Assembly (NCBI GenBank): GCA_010093995.1
Contig: ML992503.1
Coordinates: 1,925,328-1,989,327, forward strand
Source of the DNA: Elsinoe ampelina
Taxonomy: Eukaryota
DNA: 64,000 nucleotides
Direction: 5' to 3'
Below are positions 21,874-33,403 of this stretch, piece after piece; the stretch's first letter is position 1; every line of letters starts with the position of its first letter. A program made the translations under genes and the position numbers. The notes under the pieces were generated by a model that had not been told where the DNA came from, ran no database searches, and worked only from the letters and a program-made list of their open reading frames with translations.

Positions 21874-24420
21874 ATGCAAGGCCGCTTCCAACGTCTTGTT
21901 ACACCCTGGAAGCAAGCCTTCGTTGATGCCGGAGACGCAGATGCCGGTATCGATCTAGTGGCAAGGGCGAAGAAAGCCATCCCTGGTCAAGGAGTCTATA
22001 CGGAAGAAGATCCACATGCATTTGCTTGGATTTACTCCATCAAGCCGTCGCGACGTTCCATCAGCCGCTATGTTGCTGAGCTGTTCCCTTCCACCAAGTG
22101 GATACGGAGGTACAATAGACACTGGCTAGCCAACGATTTGATTTCGGGTATGTGATCACCAAGTCTTTTGGTCGGAATCCTGACAAGTCATAGGCCTCAC
22201 CATTGGTCTTGTCGTCGTCCCCCAGGGCATCGCTTATGCGCTGCTTGCGAGGCTCACCCCCGAATACGGCCTCTACACCTCCTTCGTCGGGGCGGCCTTG
22301 TACTGGATCTTCGGAACCTCAAAAGACATCGTCATCGGGGTGAGTCCCGTGAATCTCAGTGGAAATGCTAGACCTGGCTAATGCCCTTCCTTGACCACCA
22401 TCGTAGGATCACTCTTGATTGGCAGTGCTGTGACCAGCATCGAAGAATCACATCCTGGGCAATACACACCGGAGGAGGTAGCGAAGGCACTCTCGCTGAT
22501 GTCCGGGGCTGTCTTGCTTTTCCTCGGTTTTGCCCGCCTCGGATGGCTTCTCGACTTCATACCATACATCCCGATCTCCGCATTCGTCACCGCTGCCAGC
22601 ATCACCATAATGAGTACACAGCTCCCAATGCTTCTGGGAATACCCGATATCAACACTCGAAATGCACCTTACCGCGTCTTCATAGATACTTTCAAAGGCC
22701 TACAACGCACGAGATTGGACGCCGCCATAGGTTTGACGGCTCTGACGTTTCTCTTCGTCCTCAAGTCTGTCTGCACAAAGATCGAGCAACGCCAGGCACA
22801 GCGAAAGCGTCTCTGGACAATGCTCTCTTCAATCAGGATGGCTGTGACTGTCCTGCTTTTCACCTTCGTAAGCTGGATTGTCAATCGACACGCTGATCCT
22901 GGTGCCACAAAATTCCGCATAGTCGGCAAGATGGAGCAAGGTCGGTCGAAATAACTTAGTCCTATTTTCGTACTGACTGTTTGCCAGGATTCAGACGTGC
23001 TGCTGTACCTCATCCCTCCACCGAACTAGTCGGCCTAATCGTCGCGGATCTACCAGCTATCGTCATCATCCTCATCATCGAGCACATCGCCATTGCCAAG
23101 TCATTCGGCAGAGTCTTCAATTACCAGATACAGCCTTCCCAGGAGATTGTCGCACTGGGAGCTGCAAACATCTTCAGTCCCTTCGTTGGGGGTTACGTCT
23201 GCACTGGCTCTTTCGGCGCTTCAGCAGTACTCGCAAACTCCGGGGTACGAACACCTTTGGCGGGCTTGTTCAGCTCAGGTGTCGTCGTCCTGGCACTCTA
23301 TGCCCTCACGTCAGTCTTTCGATACATACCCATGGCATCCTTATCTGCATTGGTGCTCCACGCTACCTTCAATCTCATCGCTCGACCTACTACACTTTAC
23401 AAGTACTGGCGACTCTCTCCGCTCGAACTTGTCATTTGGATCATCGGAGTCGTTGTAGCTATCTTCACATCCCTGGAAACCTCGATCTATACCACCACAG
23501 CTGTCTCTGCTGTACTTCTTTTGCTCCGCATGTCCCGCTCGAAAGGCTATCTCCTCGGTCAGGTTGAGATCTTTTCCACTGCACAAGAAGTGCACAGAAT
23601 GGCTGCTGGTAGCCCTTCTGGTAGTTCTCCAGCCCACAATTCTCACTTGACATCACAGTGGGATGCTATGTCGCGGCAGACATTCATCAGTCTCGAACGA
23701 CAAGACTACACAAATCCCAAGCTGAAAGTCGACAGCCCCTACGCCGGTGTATTCATCTATAGATTCCCAGAAGGTCTCAACTACACCAATCAGAATCTGC
23801 ACATGGCAGAGATACTCAGGCTCATCAAGGAAAGGACACGACCGACCTGTGACGACGACGGTACGCTACCACATGACCGACTCTGGAACGACCCGGGACC
23901 AGATGCAGACGGCCCAAAGACACAAGATCGCCCTCTACTTCGAGCTATCATCCTAGATTGCTCATCAATCAATAACGTCGACATCACCAGCGTACAAGGT
24001 CTGGTAGACATCCGGAACAGCCTCGCCAAATACGCAGCTCCGGAACGGGTCGAATGGCATTTTGCGAGCCTCAACAATTCCTGGGCAAGACGAGCTCTCA
24101 CCGTCGCTGGATTTGGTGTACCCGCTGGGCTGACCAAGGAAAACCTACAGGAGAAAGAGCTGCTCTATCTCGTGGCGGCTCTGGAGCCGAAGGACAATGA
24201 TAGTGTGCAGGACAAGGGTGATTTGGAACACGCGAGCACTTCTACGGACAGCGCAATTGTGAGGGCGCTTCGAAAAAGGACGGACTTACCGGGAAAGGGC
24301 ACTATTGGAGGGGTGAATCGGCCACATTTTCATGTTGATCTCTTGGGTGCGGTCAAGGTTGCGGTACGTGACGCGAAGAGGAGAGAGGGAATGGTGCTTG
24401 ACAGCGGCACGAATCAATGA
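21874..24420 (+). CDS. SulP/SLC26 sulfate permease with STAS domain; intron 2 acceptor anomalous
   Basis: WLANDLISG|LTIGLVVVPQGIAYALLA, YGLYTSF, EHIAIAKSFGR, PSQEIVALG, TGSFGASAV, IYRFPEGLNY, IILDCSSINNVDITSVQGL. Introns ~22148-22193, 22340-22393 (TG end) and 22941-22987. Confidence 0.9.
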
Positions 24421-24670
24421 TCTCGTCTCTGTGAGACTGGAGTCGCACAATATTTTGCAAATCTTTGTTGGATTCTCAAGATTCACAATAATCCCTGCTT
24501 TAGAACCACGCACCCGGGGCCCGGCAGCCGAGGACCGCATGCCATGACTCTTCGCCTGCCGCGGACGTCTCTTAGTGATCAGTCAATCCCATGGCAGATA
24601 TAGACCTTGAACATGGTAAGTCCCACATTCAAGTAACTTCCTCGTCCCTTCTCCCCGCATACCCTTCTTC

Positions 24671-24700
24671 CCACCACCACCACCACCACCACCACCACCA
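24671..24700 (+). repeat. (CCA)10 trinucleotide repeat immediately 5' of the OMT start codon
   Basis: Ten perfect CCA units ending 2 nt before ATG 24703. Confidence 0.9.
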
Positions 24701-24702
24701 CA

Positions 24703-26145
24703 ATGCCCACTCCCAACCAACCCCCCACCTTCTCATCCCTCCTCACAACCCTCCCCTCCACCCTCCACCACCTCTCCTCCCTCCTCACCGCCCACTCCAT
24801 CCCCCCACCCTCCCTCTCCCCCTCCTCCACCCAAAAATTCCACACCCACCCCTCCCTCCTCCCCCTCCGCTCCTCGCTCGAAGGCCAACTCGAGCACCTC
24901 CTCCTCCTGATCAGGGGACCGCATGAGCACCTCCACTCCCTCGCGGGGAGGAACTGGGATCACGGCGCGCTGTACGCTGTCCTCAGACTGGGGATGTTGG
25001 ATGTGCTGGCTGCTGCTGCTGCAGGGACGGAAGGGGTGGGGACGGGGGATGTGGCGAGGGGTACGAGGGTGCCGGTGGAGAAGGTGGGGAGGTTGTTGGG
25101 GTTGGTGAGGTGTTTGGGGGTTGTGGAGGTGGTGGGCCAGGGCCAGGAGGGGAGTCAGGGCAGGGAAGAGGGGGGGGTGGAAGACGAGAGATGGGTCCTC
25201 ACGGCTGTGGGACGGGAGTTGGTGGATGATGCTGAGTTTAGGGCTTGGGTTGAGTTTCAGCTGTTCGAGACCAGGGTGGGGAGTGCGCATCTCGCTGATG
25301 CATTGATGAGGGAGGGGAATGGGTATGGTGAGGATGGGGTTAGTGGGTTCAAGCAGGGGTGGGGCATGGAGATGTATGACTTCCATGAGAAGCATGGGGA
25401 GATGGGGGAGAGGTTTAGGATGGCTATGAGGGGGGTTGGGAAGGGTGAGTGACTCCGAACCGGGTGAAGATGTTGCTGACTGGTAAAGCGGTGGATCCTG
25501 CTGATGTTTTGATTGGGAAGTGGTTCGATGGGAGACCACTGGGTCAAGGGAAGAAGGTTGTGGAGCTGGGAGGCAGGTATGGCTTTGGGACGGTCCCGCT
25601 GGTGAAGAGCCGAGCATATTTGACCTTCGAGGTCCGCAGTGATTCTGAAGAGTTTCTCCAGCGTGGTCTGTCGACTGTCAGTGGCAAAGACCTGCAACGG
25701 GTGGCTGCTTGCGTGGTCGACGATCTTTCTGCAGCTTGGAAAGAGGGCGATGTGCAAGACGTCTCGGTGTATCTGATCCGAAATCTGCTCTGGAATTGGT
25801 CTGATGGAGATGCGATCAAGCTGTTACTGTCACTTCTGCCAACTTTGCAGCAGAACATGAACGCTCGAATCATCGTCACTGATGGCGTATCTCCGAGAGT
25901 CGACGAATTTCCTGCTCACGTCGAGATTGCCTACCGACGAAGAGACATCACAACCATGATCATGCACAACGTGAAGCAAAGAAGTCAGGCGGAGTGGCTA
26001 GAACTGTTCGCTCAAGTAGACCCAGGCATCAAGGTGAGCATTCTGATCTCATTCGGTGCGAGTGACTGACACATCCCAGGTCGTCTCTACCTTCGAGTCT
26101 AGCTCCCACGTCTACAAAGGCCTATGGGAAATCAGCATAGCCTAA
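24703..26145 (+). CDS. O-methyltransferase (Methyltransf_2-like, divergent SAM motif), 3 exons
   Basis: ERFRMAMRGV, VVELGGRYG (degenerate DxGGGxG), VYLIRNLLWNWSDGDAIKLL, KQRSQAEWLELF. Introns 25445-25488 and ~26034-26079; stop TAA 26143-26145. Confidence 0.8.
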
Positions 26146-26186
26146 CCTCTCCCCAACTCGCCACTCACCCTCATCCCCCTCCAAAA

Positions 26187-26738
26187 TCATTGCAACCACC
26201 CCTTCAAGTCCTCCCTCGTATTAAACTCCTCCAACATATCCCCAAAATCCCTAATGCCCTCACCCTCGCTCATGAGCTTGATATGCCCAATATGCTCCTT
26301 CAACCACGCCGCCTCCCCACCCGCCTCGGGAATCAGCATACCGTTCTCTCGGATCGTGATCATCGGCGTAAACGTCACCATGATCAAGCGCTTGCCGTCC
26401 TCGTCCTGCTCCAGTGCCGTTTCTTCCTCGTCGCCACTTGAGCCTTTCACGGCGTCGTACCAGGCTTTCTCGATCTTCTCGCCCAGCGCGTCAAAGTCGG
26501 ATTTGGAGCGTTTTTCTGAGACGCGCACGATGCCGACGACGCGGTTGGCGTTGTTTTGGTGTGGTTTGCCCGCCATGAAGTAGTTGACCCCGGCGGAGTC
26601 TTCGGGGATGAAGCGCACGTGGACGAAGAAGGAGGGGGTGGTGAAGGTGGTGGCGTGGAGGGTGGTGATGCTGGTGGCGAGGACTTGTTTTTGCTCTTGA
26701 CTAAGAGGGTAGGAGTGGTAGATTTGGTAGAGTGGCAT
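26187..26738 (-). CDS. Tautomerase superfamily protein (cis-CaaD-like)
   Basis: Starts M-P (catalytic Pro-1): PLYQIYH...LSQEQKQVLATSITTLH...TPSFFVHVRF, and ENGMLIPEAGGEAAW. Confidence 0.8.
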   Translation of the reverse strand: MPLYQIYHSYPLSQEQKQVLATSITTLHATTFTTPSFFVHVRFIPEDSAGVNYFMAGKPHQNNANRVVGIVRVSEKRSKSDFDALGEKIEKAWYDAVKGSSGDEEETALEQDEDGKRLIMVTFTPMITIRENGMLIPEAGGEAAWLKEHIGHIKLMSEGEGIRDFGDMLEEFNTREDLKGWLQ

Positions 26739-27226
26739 GATGCAGATGGAAGGGTGGCGAGACTTGTGTAGTGTTTCGATATGTAGATGTGGCGATTTGT
26801 GCAGTCACAATTACAACGTCAATCTTGAATGCTAATCAGGTCAATTTCAAGGATTTCGATGTTGTTCCGATGATGATGAGTAGCAGAAACATTTGATGAA
26901 AGGAGACATGTCCTGTTCTGTTCTGTGTACGTTGGGAGCCCCGCAGCGGTTCCGAAACCGCCGCAGTCCAGGAATGGCGGCATGCATTCTATAGGGGTTC
27001 TGCGTTGGAAATGTTTCGCAACGTAGAACAAAGATTCCGTGTATCCATGGCATTAGTTACACGGCTCATATGCTATATTCAGCCTGTCGCAAGGGGCGAC
27101 TGATTGTGGTTCTTTCTTATTCGTACAGACCAAATCCAACATGCAACGCCTTAGATACTCAACAAATGTCCGGCCACCATGTCCAGGACCTCATCAAAAG
27201 AATCCCAGCAGGCCTCTCTCTAATCA

Positions 27227-29043
27227 TCACTCGATAGGTACTGGCAGGATATAGCACTGCTTGGGCTTGTGCGTCAGGGTGTCCTCTGCCGCGTAACCGG
27301 ACAGTGCTTTGGGTGCCGTCTTCAGCTCAAATCGCCAAAGCATCAGGGTGAAGAGGACCTTGAGCTCGAGATATGCTAGCTTTCTACCAAAGCATCCTGA
27401 GAATGTCAGCCACTATCACGATGCGTCGAATCATGGAAACTTACCTCTAGGCCCTGCGCCGAACGGCAGACTCGGTCCTGCCCTCGGATCACACACCGTC
27501 ACACCCTTTCCGTCAGTCTTTAACCATCTCTCCGGCACGAATTCGCGAACATCATCACCCCAAGTTCCGACTTTGCCTTTGGCCTCCCGAGATGTAGGCG
27601 AACGCAGATTCTCATCGATCTTGTCGGCATACGGATCGGGCAGAATATAGCCTGGCCCGTTGGCCAGTTGACTGACATCTGTACCGGCCGGGATCCTGTG
27701 TCCAAGAATGACCACATCTTTGAGCGCTTTTCGACTTTGTGTGGGGACTGTGATGGATAGACGAAGCATCTCCTCGAGCACAGCATCAAAGTAGGGCACA
27801 TGCGCCTTGGAGATGGCATCGGCGGTCGGCATTTGACCTTTGGCGATGTCTGGATGTGCCTCTCGCAAAGCTGCCCTGAGCTTAGTCTGCGCCTGTTGAT
27901 TATCTGCAAGAAATTTGACGCCCCACATGACGGTCGTTGAGGTGGTATCGTGTCCAGCGATAAGAAACCCGAGAAGCTCGTCTTTGGCGGCGGGACTGTC
28001 AAAGCCAGGCTCTCGTCCCTCCTTGGCCGCTGCTTGTTGTTCTCTCCGAACCATATTGTCTGTGGCGCAGTTGATCATCGAGTCGTCTGCTTCCTTGGTC
28101 AGGAGACGACGTTTAGCGTCTTCCAGTGCAGAAGTGACAAGTTGAGTCGTCCGGGCGCGAGCAGTCTTGTAGTATTTGTGTTGACGGACCCACCAGTGGG
28201 CTAGTTTTGGGAATGGAGACCGCGCTGCCACAGTGACCGAGTCGGTAACAGTGATAATGGCGTGGTAGTCTGCGGGTAGATCTGGAGCTGGGAAGATGAC
28301 TTTGTCATCCTTGTCGCTCGGCAATTCGATTTTCCTGTCTTGTAGAAAGTCTTTTTGGGTCTTGATTGTGTCAATATCAGTGCCGAATGCTACAGCCCAG
28401 ATGCTGTCGAGTGCCATGTGGTTGATATCATCCGCAGCGTGAAAGGCATGGCCAGTCCGCGATTTGACTTGCCATAGATCCATGAGAAGCGAGATCTGCT
28501 TTTCGAGATGCACAGCTGCGACCTGCAGGTGGTTAGCATCGATTGAAGCAGTATTGCTATTCGAGAACGTACGTTGTGCAAGAAAGTCGCACTCATCGTG
28601 TCTGCCAACAACTTTCTCTGTGCCTTCCATCGTGCGTTGGTTGGCATATGGATGTGATGATCCGGTGCTAGTCCGCTGAAGAAGTCCTCGAAGATCTTCG
28701 AACGATCAAATTCAGGAGCCCGCTTCGTAAGGATGTCATAATTCTCGCGGTAGTCTGTCATCATCACCGCGGGCTTGACGAAGGGACCAAAGAAGGTCTG
28801 GAAGATAGGGGTATCCAGCTCCTGACCTTGGGCTGTCAAGAAGTCGACTAAGGTGTTGGTCTTGGACACATGGCGTATGAGGTCTGGGACGACGCCGAAG
28901 AGCCTATTGGCATGCTTCTTGTTGTATGGTATGCCTGGAATTGGTTTGGGCAAGGTGGCATAGTAGAGAAGACCAAGGAGGACCGCAACTACAGCTGCTC
29001 CAAGGTATGTGGAGGGCGCAATTTGCTCGAGATAGTATGCCAT
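27227..29043 (-). CDS. Cytochrome P450 monooxygenase, 3 exons
   Basis: TM anchor plus LPKPIPGIPY, I-helix AGHDTTST, EMLR, PERW, heme motif FGAGPR|GCFG across an intron; stop TGA 27227-27229. Confidence 0.95.
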
Positions 29044-29600
29044 CTGATTTGAACGTGTGTATGATTATGTGTTGTGGCCTGCTCTCCTGCGTCGTAAGTG
29101 ACTACTTATAAGACACGTAGCTCTCTGTCAGAGTACACGAGTTTTCGGATATGTCTATGATGTCGAAGGAGAGAGATACCACCTCTGTGATGCGACAAAG
29201 GGAGATGACGGAGACAACAAACCATCCGACTGCGAGATATCCGTAGCCATGCGGGACTGATGACCCTATAGTAAGCCGTTGGAGTCGTAAAGCTGTTTCG
29301 CGGTTTGCCTGAGCAGTTGTGCTGACGCCAAGCAGCTAAATTTCCGAAACCATGATGAAAATTCCGGGCGGGAGCTAAGACCATTTTGGAAACTGTCGGC
29401 CTATCCCATCCTTTGGCACATCTCCCACCTTGTCCCTGACAGGCTTTGGTCTCGTATACCTGTCACGAGGATTCTGACATCTCAATGCTGGACCACCATG
29501 GCAGACACGGTGCCATCCGACACTTCACGTGGAGAGAGAGTAATTGGCGCAAGGTCACTGTGGACAGCTCATCGTTGTTTCTTCCTATCCGTGTATTTAC

Positions 29601-30864
29601 CTAAGCAGCCAGCTCGGCCTCGATAATCCCTTCCAAGGCCTTCGGAGCCGCCCAAATCTTGACCAGGCTCAAACCAGCGTCCTCAACAACCTTTCTCCAC
29701 TGGTCTGCCGTCCTCTCTACTGAGCCGACGATACACATGACAGCTAGGTCCTCCCCTGTGGCCTTCCAATCTGGTTCGCGGGCAGGGATGACCACATCAT
29801 TGATTAAGACTCGAGAGAATCCTGGCGTCAGTCCTGGCTTGAGGTTACGCAGTATCTCAGTAGCGTGCTGGTCTGACCAGTCATGGAGGATGGTCTTGAG
29901 GTAGTACGCTCTTGCTCCTGGTAAGTGTCAGTGATGGATGTGAAGCGGTCTTCTTCTAATTGTAGAAATGTACCCTTGATTGGCTGAGGAGTAAAGAAAT
30001 CATGAGCAACACGAGTGATAGCATCGTCACACTTGGCCCTTGCCACGACCTCTGGTAGATCTTCGATGACAAGCCTGCTCGCATAACCTGGATGCTTCTT
30101 GTTGAAGAGCTCGAGATCATGCCCGACATTTCCGCCAACATCGACCAAGACCGGATCGTTACCCTCTACGAGTAATGTCTCGGACGGATAGAAGTCTAGC
30201 CAACCTGGTCGGAAGCCGCCCCAGCCTATCATGCATGTATTGAACATGTCCCCCACGGCAGGATTCTCACGACAGTGATCGAAGATTGTGCGGCCGGGAC
30301 AACCATAAGCGTGCTGCCAGATCCCGTTCTTCGAATCGCGAGGCTCTTGATAGTCATTCTTCTTCAGGAACGATGGAGCTGCAGTCATGGTAGGCAGGGT
30401 GAACTCGTACATGTAGTCGATCCAACAAAACAAGGTCGGCTCGATGACCGACTTGGCGAAAGCGGAAGGGACAAAGCTGTTGTCTTCGACCTGGTCTACA
30501 ACATTGGTCGCTACGAGGTGCATGAACAATCGACCTGATACGTCAGCATCTATCTCGAAGACCAGTCTCTTCACTCACGGAGAAGCGTAGCCTTGACTCC
30601 GACCAGGTCACACAGCTCATCGATGGACTTCGCGTCGCTGCCAGCTTCCACCCACTTCTCAAACAGCTTGACATCCTTGGCTACCTTCAACGCCATGGCC
30701 AGCATGGGCTGCGAGTGCGATATGTCCATGATCTTCCCGAATGGCGTCTCAACCTTCGAGATCAAAGCTCTCGCCGCGGAGAGCAATTCCACACGCTGGT
30801 CCTCATTGTCCCATGAAGAGTGGTCAAAATCACGAAGAGACTGGATGAGAGTGGCCGCCATCAT
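29601..30864 (-). CDS. O-methyltransferase family 2, 3 exons
   Basis: LVDVGGNVGHDL, IEDLPEVV, HDFFTPQPIK|GARAYYLKTILHDWSD, ERTADQW. Confidence 0.92.
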
Positions 30865-32051
30865 GGAGGATGTTTACTGTGCTTTTCCTGCTGTTCAGAT
30901 GGATCAAAATGATCAAGGCCGCTCCTTCACTGTAATATACAGAGTCTTCCAGTCCACTCACCACATGGGGTCCCGACGGTAGCACAACACCGCTTGAAGA
31001 GCTTATCCTTGCGCTCACAGGATGAACATCTCGGGTCCTCGGACTAAGCACTAAAGACCATCCCAAAAACACTCGGCAGAAGCCCCCTTGCCGACGCCAC
31101 CACAACGACAGACGCCGGCCTCCATCGCGCCGCATGCAAGATGGCTTGATAGCCTCGCATCCATCCATCCAGTCAACAGCAAGACTGCACGACGGCTTAA
31201 TCCCCCCACTTGGCAAACAAGCACGTCTCGGGAACCGAATCATGGAAGCATCACAGGGACGGGACGGTCCTCCAGGCCGTCAGATCATTATTCGTTCTTG
31301 TGGTGGACAGAGACGGCAGAGAGGACCACTGGAGGAGGTACAACGGCTGGCGTGGACAGAGGTCGCATGGGACGAGAAAAGATCGACGGGAGCTGACTTG
31401 GACGCCTGAGATTGCCGTGCGTGCCATTTGTGGAGGGGCCGATCTCACTCCTGATGAATGGTCATTATGTATGCATGGTAATTACTGGTAGTGAACAATG
31501 TCCAGGTGGCAGGAACAGTATGGTAGGTGTATGCAACGAGTCATTGAGTATCTTACATCTGTCGGTCGGAACTTTCGAAAGAATAGCAATACCGATTGAG
31601 TTCGATGCTGCATGCGCCACGTCTGGGTATCGCCCCGGATCTTGGCTGGCTATCAGCCTCCATAGGCACTTATGACCGGAGCCGCTTCTACAGGCGCAAT
31701 GCACGCCCCCCATTGTCCAGAGAAGTGTGACATTCGCTCTTCTCTACTCCTGCCTGCTTCAAGCTGCTTCGCACGGCGTATGGCATGCCCGCATTACAAG
31801 TGTATGTGGTGCTCAACGTTTGAGGATCCCCAGGTGTATCGAGCAATTGCTCTTTTGTCTTGGAGCACCTAGCATCCCGTCTGGTAGGTCTGGTCGTCGA
31901 CCAAATCGTGTCCCAACTTTTTGAAGCTCATTCAGCATGGTTGACTGAACAGCTCCCTCGAACACCGTGCCAAATTGTCCTCCGTCAAGACTCCCCACAG
32001 TCCGATCATCTTCATCCAAGTACATGTGATCCATCTCGTCCCCCTCCCACC

Positions 32052-33101
32052 TCAAGTAACCCCCTCCTCCCTCCCCGCACCATACAACACCTCACAAACC
32101 CCTCCCACCGGTATGTCCATCACCGCATCCGTCCCCTCAGCCCAAACCTCCCTCCACCGCTTCACCTCCCCATCATCCTCCTCCCTCCCCCGTGCCCCCC
32201 TCACCGTCCCCCTCCTCCCCCTCCCCCTCACCAACCTCCCCCGCCCATCCACAACCGCCACCATCGCCGCCTCATCCACCACAGTCTTCACATCCCCCAA
32301 CCGCATCGTCTCAAACTCGCAATTCCACCCCGCCAGCGCAACGTATATCCACGTGACCAGCATCACCAACCAGGCGGGTATAGCCAGACTCCACCACCTG
32401 TTCGGGTAGTAGTAGATGCCCAGCTGGTGCAGGAATGGACTCGGGAGGAAGCTCCACAGGAGGTAGATGAGGAAGATGAGCGACGACCCCAGGTACAGCG
32501 TGAAGCCGTAGTACTCGTACGTCGGCACCTTGGGGCTGGCTCGCGGGATGGGGCGCGCGGTGCGGAAGGAGGACGTGAGGGTTGCGGCCGTGGAGCGGGT
32601 TTGGGAGCCGGCGCGGGTCGAGGCGCGGGCTTCGTCTTCGGAGCTGTGGGAGGGGGTGGTGGGGCGGGACGGGTGGGCGGAGAAGTTGGGGCGGAGGAGG
32701 GAGGTGAGACTGGGGGACGGGGGGAGGGGGGTTGGGGGTCGGTTGTAGAAGGGGGGTGCGAAGGCCGGGAGGTGGGTTTGGGAGCGTGATGAGTGTGGGA
32801 GGGAGGGGCGGAGGGGGAGTTGGGTGGGTGCGTCGTCGGAGTCGGAGGAGCTGGAGGATGGGGAGGAGGAGAATTGGTTGAAGGTTGGGTCCGCGGGGAA
32901 GTCGGAGACGGAGGCGGTTTCGGAGGGCGTGTCGGTCCAGACTGGTGAGGATGGGTCGGGGTCGGCTGATATGGGTGTTGGTCGCTCGGTGGTGACGGTG
33001 CTGGAGCTGTCGGTGTCGAGCGAGCGCAACGTGGGGAGGTTGGGAGTTGATCTCGAGTAGACTCCGCTCGGGAGCGGATTACCTCTGCTTTGAGGTGGCA
33101 T
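32052..33101 (-). CDS. GPI19: GPI-GlcNAc transferase subunit PIG-P/Gpi19
   Basis: PKVPTYEYYGFTLYLGS, YLLWSFLPSPFLHQLGIYYYPNRWWSLAIP, DAVMDIPVGGVCEVLY; long low-complexity N-terminus. Confidence 0.9.
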   Translation of the reverse strand: MPPQSRGNPLPSGVYSRSTPNLPTLRSLDTDSSSTVTTERPTPISADPDPSSPVWTDTPSETASVSDFPADPTFNQFSSSPSSSSSDSDDAPTQLPLRPSLPHSSRSQTHLPAFAPPFYNRPPTPLPPSPSLTSLLRPNFSAHPSRPTTPSHSSEDEARASTRAGSQTRSTAATLTSSFRTARPIPRASPKVPTYEYYGFTLYLGSSLIFLIYLLWSFLPSPFLHQLGIYYYPNRWWSLAIPAWLVMLVTWIYVALAGWNCEFETMRLGDVKTVVDEAAMVAVVDGRGRLVRGRGRRGTVRGARGREEDDGEVKRWREVWAEGTDAVMDIPVGGVCEVLYGAGREEGVT

Positions 33102-33403
33102 GATGAGAACGGTGACTCCGGCACGAATCAATGGAGGAGAGAAGATTGACAGGGACAGAAACGGAGCTCGAGGGTGAAATGCGGAGGATAATCCAGGCAT
33201 GAACTCCCGGTCTGTGCGTCACGTGTGGGTTTGTCATGGGCATCAACATTGTGATCGTTTGGACGCTGATGTGGATGAACAAATGCTATATATCTGGGTA
33301 TCATCACTCGATGCCTCGCTTTGCTCCTAGCCTATGTGCAAATCGACCTTTTCGACCATACTTCCATGCAAATTCCCTGCTGCCGAATCCATGCTCGACC
33401 ATT

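Noticed and set aside
24591..24702. Upstream ATG plus GTAAGT as an extra OMT exon, or a poly-His ORF
   Set aside because: No suitable branch point and acceptor before 24703; the poly-His is just the (CCA)10 repeat.
30865..32051. Short ORFs between the second OMT and PIG-P as a possible peptide precursor or regulator
   Set aside because: No signal peptide, repeated core or recognisable domain, and no coding-like bias.
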